Part shown: in pieces, positions 54,102 to 61,926 of the stretch
Position numbering within the stretch: position 1 is the first letter of the stretch
Layout of the letters: every line of letters begins with the position of its first letter
Source: Arcobacteraceae bacterium
Lineage (GTDB): Bacteria; Campylobacterota; Campylobacteria; Campylobacterales; Arcobacteraceae
Length of the DNA stretch: 64,000 nucleotides
Direction of reading: 5' to 3'
Assembly: GCA_963662945.1 (NCBI GenBank)
Contig: OY759974.1
Span: 1,920,001-1,984,000 of the forward strand
The notes under the pieces: generated by a model
Seen by the model: only the letters and a program-made list of their open reading frames with translations
The model's database searches: none
What the model was told of the DNA's origin: nothing
Translations under genes and position numbers: made by a program

Positions 54102-55033
54102 TATAAATTACTCATTTTATATTTTTCTTTAAATTTTTTAATCATCATAACCGATACTATATTCAGTACAAGTGTTACTACAAATAAAACAAGCCCAAGA
54201 GCAAAAGCACTTAATGTATCAGGAGAGTTAAATTCGAAATCTCCTGTAAGTGCGGTAACAATTTGTACAGTAACTGTTGTCATATCTTCTAATGGATTGA
54301 TTGAAAATTTATTTGCATTCATACCAGCTGCCATAACAACAATCATCGTTTCCCCTAAAGCTTTAGAGATAGCTAAAAGTGTTGCTGAGATGATACCTGG
54401 AAGTGCTGATGGTAAAACAATATCTTTGATTGTCTCAGATTTTGTCATTCCAAGTGCAAGGCTTCCTTTTCTTAAACTATCAGGAACCGCATTAATAACA
54501 TCATCACTTAAACTTGAAATTACAGGAATAATCATAATCCCCATAACAACACCAGCAGCTAATGCACTATTAAAAGAAGCTTCTAAACCAAAGAAGTCAG
54601 CTATGTTAACAATAGCAGGTGCAACAGTAATAGCTGCAAAGAAACCATAGACAACAGTAGGTATTCCTGCAAGTATTTCTAAAAGTGGCTTCACCGTTGT
54701 TCTTACATTGTCAGTTGCATATTCACTCATATAAATTGCACTAAATACCCCAATAGGTAATGCAACAGCTATAGCAATAAACGTAATGATAAAAGTTCCT
54801 GCAAAAATAGCACCAGCACCAAATTCACTGTGTGCAGTACCAGGAGACCAATGTGAACCTGTGATAAAATATGTAAAGCTTCTTAAGTTAAAAAACTCTA
54901 TAGCTTCAAAGAGAATTGAAAATAAGATACCAAAAGTAGTGAGTATTGATATAATAGCAGCTGCTATAAGAAAATATTCAATAATAGTTTCTTTTAGTAG
55001 TGTTTTTTTATTTTTTGGTTGAAATGATTCCAA
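54101..55033 (-). CDS. pstC: Phosphate ABC transporter permease PstC
   Basis: KPLLEILAGIPTVVYGFFA, ALGETMIVVMA; TTG start after AAGGA. Confidence 0.93.
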   Translation of the reverse strand: MESFQPKNKKTLLKETIIEYFLIAAAIISILTTFGILFSILFEAIEFFNLRSFTYFITGSHWSPGTAHSEFGAGAIFAGTFIITFIAIAVALPIGVFSAIYMSEYATDNVRTTVKPLLEILAGIPTVVYGFFAAITVAPAIVNIADFFGLEASFNSALAAGVVMGIMIIPVISSLSDDVINAVPDSLRKGSLALGMTKSETIKDIVLPSALPGIISATLLAISKALGETMIVVMAAGMNANKFSINPLEDMTTVTVQIVTALTGDFEFNSPDTLSAFALGLVLFVVTLVLNIVSVMMIKKFKEKYKMSNL

Positions 55034-55061
55034 AATAATCCTTTAACGTTTTGTTAAAGTT

Positions 55062-55094
55062 ATTTTAGAATATTTTAGTTACATATTGATTACA
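55062..55094 (-). promoter_or_regulatory. Candidate Pho box plus -10 for pstCA
   Basis: Minus strand TGTAAT-caata-TGTAAC, 10 bp, TAAAAT. Confidence 0.75.
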
Positions 55095-55527
55095 TTGTTG
55101 TATTTGTTTTGTTTTCCTCATCAATCCATCTATCAGGTGAGGTAAAGACAGCTAACCATCTTAATATAAAAAGAAATAGTAAAACACCGCTGAAAATAAG
55201 AATATGAAAATTTGTACTATTTGAGAGTAACATCTCAAAACTAGTGATATCTTCTTTGTTTATTTTAATAACATTGACAATAAATTCTCTTAATGTCAAA
55301 ATTATAAAAGCATCTATCAAAATTCTTATTTTAACACGTTTTTCTCGTAAAAAACTCATTACAGCTCTAACAATTTCAAGCATAATAATAAAGTATAGTA
55401 AATAAATTATAACTAGTACAACGCTATCTGTAACAACAGCTACAATAAATAATACTGTCGCAACAATAAGTTCAATATAAAATTTACTGTAAAAAAACTC
55501 TTTTAATTTTCGCATACTGCTATACAT
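55090..55527 (-). CDS. PsiE-like phosphate-starvation-inducible membrane protein
   Basis: Four TM segments, LLYFIIMLEIVR and IDAFIILTLREFI pattern; Pho context; start moved to ATG 55527. Confidence 0.65.
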   Translation of the reverse strand: MYSSMRKLKEFFYSKFYIELIVATVLFIVAVVTDSVVLVIIYLLYFIIMLEIVRAVMSFLREKRVKIRILIDAFIILTLREFIVNVIKINKEDITSFEMLLSNSTNFHILIFSGVLLFLFILRWLAVFTSPDRWIDEENKTNTTM

Positions 55528-55531
55528 CAAA

Positions 55532-55930
55532 CTAGTCCCTTTTTCTAAAATAGTGGTATTTTTGTTCTTCAAGTAACTCTTCTACATATTTTTTAACTGC
55601 TTTATTTGCTTTTTGCCAGATACCAGAAGGTAATCGTACTTCGAGTTTTTTCTTTTCTCTAAATTTAATAATTTTCTTAGGTGTTAAAATTTTATCAATT
55701 GGCGTAAAGTCATATTCTGTTAAATCAATATCATTTTTATAAAATAGTGTTTGTTCTTTAAATTTTCCCCAACCTGGAATTCCTTCTTCTGTATATGGTA
55801 CTTCATAATCATTTTCAAATGTTACCATTAATTTATAATGCCCATCATCAAATACTGTTGTGACTATTCCAAGTCCAAATACTAAACCAAATACTTTATC
55901 ACCCTTTTTTGCTTTTTCAAAATAACCCAT
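55532..55930 (-). CDS. Hypothetical protein with possible SH3/Tudor-like N-terminus
   Basis: 132-aa ORF, RBS AAGGA, own promoter; KGDKVFGLVFGLGIV pattern. Confidence 0.7.
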   Translation of the reverse strand: MGYFEKAKKGDKVFGLVFGLGIVTTVFDDGHYKLMVTFENDYEVPYTEEGIPGWGKFKEQTLFYKNDIDLTEYDFTPIDKILTPKKIIKFREKKKLEVRLPSGIWQKANKAVKKYVEELLEEQKYHYFRKRD

Positions 55931-55957
55931 TTAAAATCCTTATGTTACATTTTTAGA

Positions 55958-55990
55958 ATTATACCGTACTATTATTACATATTGATTTCA
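55958..55990 (-). promoter_or_regulatory. Candidate Pho box plus -10 for hypothetical-psiE
   Basis: Minus strand TGAAAT-caata-TGTAAT, 10 bp, TATAAT; extra half-site TGTAAC at 55944-55949. Confidence 0.7.
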
Positions 55991-55996
55991 ATTTTG

Positions 55997-58450
55997 TCAA
56001 GCTTTACAATTAAGAATTTTAATTTCATTAAACTTATCAAATAGCATTAAAGTATTACTTTCTATTCTTGCTGCAATTTCTCTTAACTCATCATTAGAAG
56101 CTCTTTTGGCATTGCTGTCAACATATCTTTGAATTGAACTGTGGACATTTCCATGTATTGTTTTTAATTCATCCCATTGTGGCGTATTGACAAAATTTTT
56201 ATTTTTATTTTCTTGTTCTTCTATCCAAGTATTCATATTACAATGTTCGTCAACTTCAACTTTCCATTGTTCATATGTACCTAGTTTTTCAAAATTTTTA
56301 GATTTTAATAATATATGTTCATTTTTAAGTTCAGCAGTTTCATACACTAGTTCTATATCACAAACTTGTTGTCTAATTTCATTTTTAAAAGTAGCTTTTG
56401 AAGAGGCATTGATCAGGTCTTCTGCTAGATTCGAGATAGATTGTGAAAGTTGTGCAATATATTGCGAGTTTTGAGCATTTATTTGTGTATTTTTATCTAA
56501 GTTACCAATTGCATCGTTGATTTGTTTGATACTTTCATGTTGTCTTGTACTTGCCGTTGATACATCTTGAATAATTTTTGTTGTTAATTCCACTTTGGTA
56601 TTCAGTTCCTCATAGCCTGTACTCATTTGTGTAGAGATAGTTTTCCCTTCATTTGTTTTTGTGATTGCTGTTTGTACCAGAGCTTTTATCTCATTTGCAG
56701 CATCTGCACTTCTACTAGCTAAGTTTCTAACCTCTTGAGCAACAACAGCAAATCCCTTTCCAGCTTCTCCAGCAGTTGCAGCTTCAACAGCAGCGTTGAG
56801 TGAGAGAATATTTGTTTGGAATGCTATTTGGTCTATTACTGTTATTGCTTCATTAATTGCTGTTACTTGATTGTTTATCTCATCCATAGACTCTAATGTT
56901 TTTGTAGCTAATACTTTTCCATCATTAGAAGCAAGTGTTAATTCTTGAGCATATTGTGCCATTTGTTTTGCATTGTTTGTATTATCTAAAATATTTTTTG
57001 TAACTTCTTCAAGGGAAGCTGATGTTTCTTCAAGGGAAGCTGCTTGCATATTTGAAGCATTTGAAAGTTCATTTGCACTTTTATTGAGTGTTGTTGTATC
57101 ATTATTGAGTTTATCACCTGTATTTAAAATCATTGCTAAAAATTCAGATACATTGTTTCCAATGAGTTTTGTACTTGCAACTAATGAACCAAAATCTCCA
57201 TAAAGCCCAAGTTCATTTTTCTTTGGAATAGTATGTTCAAAGTTATATCTTCCATACGCTTCAAGGGCATTGTTTAAAATCGTAAACTTACTTTTGGTTT
57301 CATCTAACATTTTATTGATATTGATAATAAGATCTTTTACATCAGGAGAAACATTATTGTGATGTGGAATTTTATAACCATAGAAACCATTTGATACTTT
57401 TTGTAAAATATCATTTGCTTCTTCTAATACCTCTTTATTGTGGTTGATTAGATTTACACTTCTCGTAATATTTTGATTAATATCAGTTGCAATTGTATGA
57501 AATTCATCTTTTGTATTTATTATGATTTCTGTTGCAGAATCTTTTTTATAAGATATTACATCAAAGAAATCATTGAGTCCATGATGTACTAAACTTAAAT
57601 TTTTAACAATATCTTTTGATATAACTGTAGCTATAATAAATTCTACAAGTCCTATAATACAAGATATACCTAAAATAAGATAAAGTAGGTTTGTATCACT
57701 TTGCTCTATCTCTTCATTTATAAGTTTTTTATTTGTTTCTAAAATTTGTAAAGTAGTTTTAAAATCTTGTTGTAATTGTTGTTGTAATTTATTTATATTT
57801 CTTTGACCAGATACTACGCTTTCAAGCATATTTTTATATTGAATTAGTTCTTCATTTATCTTTTTTTGCATTGGTTTATTTTCAGTAAAGTTTTCACTTC
57901 CACGTACAGATCTTCTCATTTTAAAATGTACTTTCCCTAATTCAACTAAATCTATCGTGTTTGTTAAAAAAAATGTTTTTTCATAAAGTTCCAATTGCAT
58001 CATATATTGGATAAGTTTATAATCATAGACTTTTTGAAATATCTCATTAATCATATCTTTTGATTTATGCATAAGTTCTAAATGTTCATCGATTTTTTTT
58101 TGTGTATCAAAAACAGTTTGATATGAGCTTTTAGAAACTTCAAGTTGTTTTGTTAAGTTGTTAAGAGAAGTAGTATTGAGATTACTATTATCCATTGAGT
58201 TTTTAAGATTTGTCAGGTTCTGAGTAACTTGTTTATATTCATCAAAAAATATTTGATTTGCCTTTTGTTTTGAAATGTAATCAAGTTTCATAATTGATGT
58301 TTGTAATAAATTTGAATGATATTTTATGTTTGAATAATTTTTTTGCGTTTGTGAATAAAAGATGATAAGACTTATTAATATGGCAAAACCTAGAATGGTT
58401 ATTGCTGATATGGATTTTAGTTTTGTTTCTACACTGTTAAATATAAACAT
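55997..58450 (-). CDS. Methyl-accepting chemotaxis protein with C-terminal CZB-like domain
   Basis: Two TMs, MCP signature, C-terminal H..(DEHC...W)..H...H pattern. Confidence 0.9.
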   Translation of the reverse strand: MFIFNSVETKLKSISAITILGFAILISLIIFYSQTQKNYSNIKYHSNLLQTSIMKLDYISKQKANQIFFDEYKQVTQNLTNLKNSMDNSNLNTTSLNNLTKQLEVSKSSYQTVFDTQKKIDEHLELMHKSKDMINEIFQKVYDYKLIQYMMQLELYEKTFFLTNTIDLVELGKVHFKMRRSVRGSENFTENKPMQKKINEELIQYKNMLESVVSGQRNINKLQQQLQQDFKTTLQILETNKKLINEEIEQSDTNLLYLILGISCIIGLVEFIIATVISKDIVKNLSLVHHGLNDFFDVISYKKDSATEIIINTKDEFHTIATDINQNITRSVNLINHNKEVLEEANDILQKVSNGFYGYKIPHHNNVSPDVKDLIININKMLDETKSKFTILNNALEAYGRYNFEHTIPKKNELGLYGDFGSLVASTKLIGNNVSEFLAMILNTGDKLNNDTTTLNKSANELSNASNMQAASLEETSASLEEVTKNILDNTNNAKQMAQYAQELTLASNDGKVLATKTLESMDEINNQVTAINEAITVIDQIAFQTNILSLNAAVEAATAGEAGKGFAVVAQEVRNLASRSADAANEIKALVQTAITKTNEGKTISTQMSTGYEELNTKVELTTKIIQDVSTASTRQHESIKQINDAIGNLDKNTQINAQNSQYIAQLSQSISNLAEDLINASSKATFKNEIRQQVCDIELVYETAELKNEHILLKSKNFEKLGTYEQWKVEVDEHCNMNTWIEEQENKNKNFVNTPQWDELKTIHGNVHSSIQRYVDSNAKRASNDELREIAARIESNTLMLFDKFNEIKILNCKA

Positions 58451-58473
58451 ATATAATTCCTTTTTTTGAGCGA

Positions 58474-58506
58474 ATAATATAGTTATATTGTTACAAATTG
58501 ATTACA
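58474..58506 (-). promoter_or_regulatory. Candidate Pho box plus -10 for the CZB chemoreceptor
   Basis: Minus strand TGTAAT-caatt-TGTAAC, 10 bp, TATTAT. Confidence 0.72.
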
Positions 58507-58573
58507 ATAGAAAAGGAGTTTGCTTTTTAAATAAGGGATAGTTAGTAAGTATATAAAAAAATTATTTTTTTAA

Positions 58574-58601
58574 AGCATAGAAGAAAAACTTCTTCTATGC
58601 T
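58574..58601 (-). terminator. Hairpin overlapping the stop of the 77-aa ORF, probable terminator
   Basis: AGCATAGAAGAA-AAAC-TTCTTCTATGCT, 12-bp arms; U-tract short. Confidence 0.5.
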
Positions 58602-58828
58602 GAAATTTTAGATTTTGTACTATAGTGTCTTTCTACTTCTTTAGCAGCACTTTTGAACGCTTTTTTTGTAGACTTACCTACACCTCTAAAAATTCTATCT
58701 TCATTGATAAATTCAACGATATCAAGATTTTTCTTTACTTTTGTGTCAACAACTCTAAAAATGTGAAACTCTTTTTTGAGTTTTTTAATCTTTGGGAACT
58801 CTTGACTTTTTAGTACTTTTGTTTCCAT
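58595..58828 (-). CDS. Small basic hypothetical protein (77 aa), possible dsRBD-like fold
   Basis: ATG 58828 after AAGGA; FRGVGKSTKKAFKSAA motif. Confidence 0.65.
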   Translation of the reverse strand: METKVLKSQEFPKIKKLKKEFHIFRVVDTKVKKNLDIVEFINEDRIFRGVGKSTKKAFKSAAKEVERHYSTKSKISA

Positions 58829-58919
58829 TTTTATATCCTTTAGTAATAATATATTACTAATATACATAATTTAAGCTTAAAGTTTGATTAGTTATAAGAA
58901 AAACGAATATGTAATTATA

Positions 58920-60596
58920 CTACAAAAAAACTTCATAAAGTATGTTTTTTATATCTTCAATCATATTTTTAGATAAAGTTGATTTGTTTGAAAAAATATA
59001 AAATGGAACAGTATTTAAAATAGATTTTTTTAATCGTTTTCTCAATGTTGAAACTTGGTCTATTTTGACAAGTTCATCACCATCAAAAAGGCAAAACTCT
59101 TTATCAATTCCAATATTTAATGAAACAATTCTATAGGTATAAAAAGTATTGTTGTCTATATCTTCATATTTCTTACATAAAGCTTCTAACTTATCTTGAA
59201 GTTTTTTATAATTGTTTTTACTTACATATCCAAAGCTCTCTCGAAACTTGTATCTTTGAATATCTGGAAACTCCAATAGATTATATAAGTCATTGAGATT
59301 TCTCCAAGCACTGTTGTAAAATTTTTTTCCAAATAATATCTCTTCAAATGAACAAAGATATTTTTTATCTTTGAAGTTATAAGTTTCTTTATATTTTATA
59401 GTGAAATACTCTTTTTTAAAAAGTGTGATAATCCAATTTTCATCTAACTGACTTATGATGTCTAGTTTTTTTTCATTGTTTTCTTCATCTAAAAACTTCC
59501 ATAACATTGAGATAGAGTTGATTTGTTCATCATCTATGTTTGTGGATTTGAGATATTTTTTAGCAAGATAGAGTATGACATTTTCTAAAAGTGAGTCAAT
59601 AACAGATATTTTATGGTTATAGATGATTTTTTTATAGAGATTAAATCGCATCTCGATCATATGTTCTATATCTATAAGTTCACTATCAAAAAAAGATATT
59701 GTAAATTGTTTTTTATTTTGGACGAGGATTGCTCTTTTTGCTATTCGTATAAAATCTATACTTCCACCAATATAACCACTTGCAAGCATATCACGATTGA
59801 TATAATCAAGTCTATCAGCATCTACAGTTCCATCAATAAATTTATGCAATACCCCATAATCAAAGATTTCATCATCTTTTTCATTTAGAATATTTTTTAC
59901 TATTAAGTAGATAAGTTTTGTGTAGTTTTTATCTTTTGTATTTGAGGTAAATTGCTGCATCTCATGTTCAAAAAGGAGTTTTACAAGCTTTTCTCCAATA
60001 GCTTCATGTAAGACTAATGAAGAGTTTTTTGTTATCTTTTCATAGAAAGTGATAAACTCCTTCTCTTTTTCATTTTGTGTTGGATTTGCTTTTAAAATAT
60101 CATACAATTTTTCCATCGCATATTCCACTTGGTGCGAAAATGGAAAATGTCCCACATCATGAAGTAAGCCAACTATTCTTAAAGCTTGTAAAGCTACTAG
60201 ATAAATATCTTTGAAATTGTTCGATTTAAGAGGTATCATAAACTCATAGAGTGTTTTATCACTAAGATTATCAATATCTTTGATGGTCAAATCAAGTTTA
60301 TTTTCTTTGATAATATTTTTGATAGATTTTTTGAGTTTTTTTAAAAAATCATATTTAACATTTTCATTTGCATTTAATATGGCATTTTTAAACATATGCC
60401 CACTCATATGCATAGTTCCTAAACTGTGGATATATCTTTTTGTATTGATAGAAGGATAAGCAAAATAGGCTAGGGCATTTTGTGTCACAAAGAAAAGGCG
60501 ATTGACAATTTTAGTTTGCAGTAGTAAACTTTCAAATTCACTACACTCTATATGTTTATATATGGTGTCATTTATAAGTTTTGTTCTATTTAACAT
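58920..60596 (-). CDS. HD-superfamily phosphohydrolase, dNTP triphosphohydrolase (SAMHD1/dGTPase)-like
   Basis: RYIHSLG, LLHDVGHFPFSH, LHE, VDADRLDYINRD, RFNLYKKIIY. Confidence 0.85.
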   Translation of the reverse strand: MLNRTKLINDTIYKHIECSEFESLLLQTKIVNRLFFVTQNALAYFAYPSINTKRYIHSLGTMHMSGHMFKNAILNANENVKYDFLKKLKKSIKNIIKENKLDLTIKDIDNLSDKTLYEFMIPLKSNNFKDIYLVALQALRIVGLLHDVGHFPFSHQVEYAMEKLYDILKANPTQNEKEKEFITFYEKITKNSSLVLHEAIGEKLVKLLFEHEMQQFTSNTKDKNYTKLIYLIVKNILNEKDDEIFDYGVLHKFIDGTVDADRLDYINRDMLASGYIGGSIDFIRIAKRAILVQNKKQFTISFFDSELIDIEHMIEMRFNLYKKIIYNHKISVIDSLLENVILYLAKKYLKSTNIDDEQINSISMLWKFLDEENNEKKLDIISQLDENWIITLFKKEYFTIKYKETYNFKDKKYLCSFEEILFGKKFYNSAWRNLNDLYNLLEFPDIQRYKFRESFGYVSKNNYKKLQDKLEALCKKYEDIDNNTFYTYRIVSLNIGIDKEFCLFDGDELVKIDQVSTLRKRLKKSILNTVPFYIFSNKSTLSKNMIEDIKNILYEVFL

Positions 60597-60601
60597 AAGA
60601 T

Positions 60602-60634
60602 ATTATAGCTAGTTTTTATTACACTTTGGTTGCA
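60602..60634 (-). promoter_or_regulatory. Candidate Pho box plus -10 for the HD gene (leaderless)
   Basis: Minus strand TGCAAC-caaag-TGTAAT, 10 bp, TATAAT, 5 bp, ATG. Confidence 0.62.
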
Positions 60635-60648
60635 TATAAAATGTAATT

Positions 60649-60949
60649 TTATTTTTCATCGTGAGATATTTTATTTGCTATATCTTTGTAGTTTAAAGCA
60701 AATTCTCTCATTTTTGTAAATGTTCTCATAATTTGTTTTGTAACTTGTGTTGCTATAGAATTATTTATAACTGTTGCTAACATATAAACACCTTGTTCAG
60801 TAAAAACAAATGGTAATTTTCTTTGACCACCACAACTTGAAGTGCCAATTTGGCATTTCAAGTTTTCAAACTCCTCTTTTGTGAGCTGAAACATAAAATC
60901 GGATTCATCAAATTTATCAAAATGTCTTTTTACTTGTCTGTTTAAGTAA
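60649..60949 (-). pseudogene. 5'-truncated ORF6N-domain gene
   Basis: LNRQVKR..F..DFMFQLTKEEFENLKCQIGTSS.GG.RKLPFVFTEQGVYML; the usual upstream IRG.QVMLD.DLA.LY part is absent; the track ATG lies inside the attC stem. Confidence 0.75.
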
Positions 60950-61018
60950 GTATAACGTTTAAAATGAGCCAATAAATGTCCCGCAGGGTAATTTATTGGC
61001 TCCTCTGATTTGTTATAT
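60950..61018 (-). mobile_element. Candidate integron attC site (69 bp)
   Basis: Minus strand ATATAAC-AAATC-AGAGGAGC-CAATAAAT...ATTTATTG-GCTCATT-TTAAAC-GTTATAC; GNAT stop TAA lies in R''. Confidence 0.75.
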
Positions 61019-61453
61019 TTTCTTTAATTTCATGTGTATTAAAGGAAATGGGTTACCTTGTCCATCAAGTACAGAGCGACCTGATTGAACAAATCCCATT
61101 CGCTGATAAAACCCAATTGCATCGGGATTTTGTTCGTTTACGTCAACTTTTGATGCGCCAAGATTCTCAATGGCGTATTTAGTTAACTTTCGACCGATTT
61201 TTTGACCGATATAATCTGGATCTACAAATAACATTTCAATTTTCGAATCAGCAACACCAATAAATGCTAATATCTTATCGTTACTATCTTTAAAACAATG
61301 CAAATCAACAGCATCAAAATACTGTTCCAAAATCAGAAGTTTTAACTCTGCAATTTTTCCCTCTGGTAAAAATTTATGTGTTGCTCTAACAGAAGCTTCC
61401 CAGACATTGATTAATTCCTGATAATTTTCTTTTGTAACTTTTTGAATATTCAT
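61013..61453 (-). CDS. GNAT acetyltransferase, YjaB-like
   Basis: VWEASVRATH.FL, IEMLFVDP..IGQKIG, VDVNEQN..AIGFY..MGF, DGQGNPFP. Confidence 0.92.
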   Translation of the reverse strand: MNIQKVTKENYQELINVWEASVRATHKFLPEGKIAELKLLILEQYFDAVDLHCFKDSNDKILAFIGVADSKIEMLFVDPDYIGQKIGRKLTKYAIENLGASKVDVNEQNPDAIGFYQRMGFVQSGRSVLDGQGNPFPLIHMKLKKI

Positions 61454-61457
61454 ACGA

Positions 61458-61748
61458 TTATTTTCCGCTTTTGACTATAGGCAGTAAATTCGATTGACCA
61501 TATTTTTCAAATATATCCCGAATCTGTTTATTCGTAACTTCATAACAATCACATACTCCATCTTTACGAAGTTTTAACGATGCAATATGTCTTAGTGTCG
61601 ATATTTGTATAGGTGCAAGTTCTTTTGCAGCTTCAAAAAGTAGTTCATGCATAGCATCAATCTTTTCTTGTATATTAGGCAAATTTTTACGTTTTTCAAT
61701 TTCTTTTTCCAACAAATTTAAAAGCTCTTGTAATTCATCAGCTAACAT
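61458..61748 (-). CDS. Hypothetical helical protein (96 aa)
   Basis: RBS AGGAG, 4 nt upstream of GNAT; no recognised motif. Confidence 0.65.
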   Translation of the reverse strand: MLADELQELLNLLEKEIEKRKNLPNIQEKIDAMHELLFEAAKELAPIQISTLRHIASLKLRKDGVCDCYEVTNKQIRDIFEKYGQSNLLPIVKSGK

Positions 61749-61773
61749 ATCATTTCTCCTAGTAAGGTTTTAA

Positions 61774-61824
61774 ATATAACTCTTTATTGAACATACATTA
61801 TATATAAAACACCCTAAAAATCAA
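61774..61824 (-). promoter_or_regulatory. attI-like entry site and upstream promoter
   Basis: Minus strand TTGATT-16 bp-TATAAT, then GTTCAAT-aaaga-GTTATAT. Confidence 0.5.
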
Positions 61825-61863
61825 TAAATAACATACACAAAATATGTCGTATATTAAAACAGC

Positions 61864-61891
61864 GAAAAATACCTTAGATAAGGTATTTTTC
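61864..61891. terminator. Inverted repeat downstream of phoH-like gene, probable terminator
   Basis: GAAAAATACCTTA-GA-TAAGGTATTTTTC, perfect 13-bp arms. Confidence 0.65.
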
Positions 61892-61926
61892 CATATATTA
61901 CTATAAAAAATAATACTATTTAATAA

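Larger units (their letters stand above)
60956..61779 (-). mobile_element. Candidate integron gene cassette (hypothetical plus GNAT), no integrase in window
   Basis: Starts at G|TTATAT (61780-61774), the exact complement of R'' ATATAAC; ends at G of R'. Confidence 0.7.

Noticed and set aside
43680-56860. Similar signalling segments in the two MCP genes (about 43680-43835 and 56705-56860) as gene conversion
   Set aside because: Many synonymous differences; ordinary protein-level conservation
60966-61002. Inverted repeat read as a simple terminator
   Set aside because: Flanking complementary TATAAC/GTTATA boxes at attC spacing and the matching upstream GTTATAT fit attC better; it could still also terminate transcription
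60649-61800. Prophage suggested by the ORF6N domain
   Set aside because: No integrase, structural or replication genes nearby
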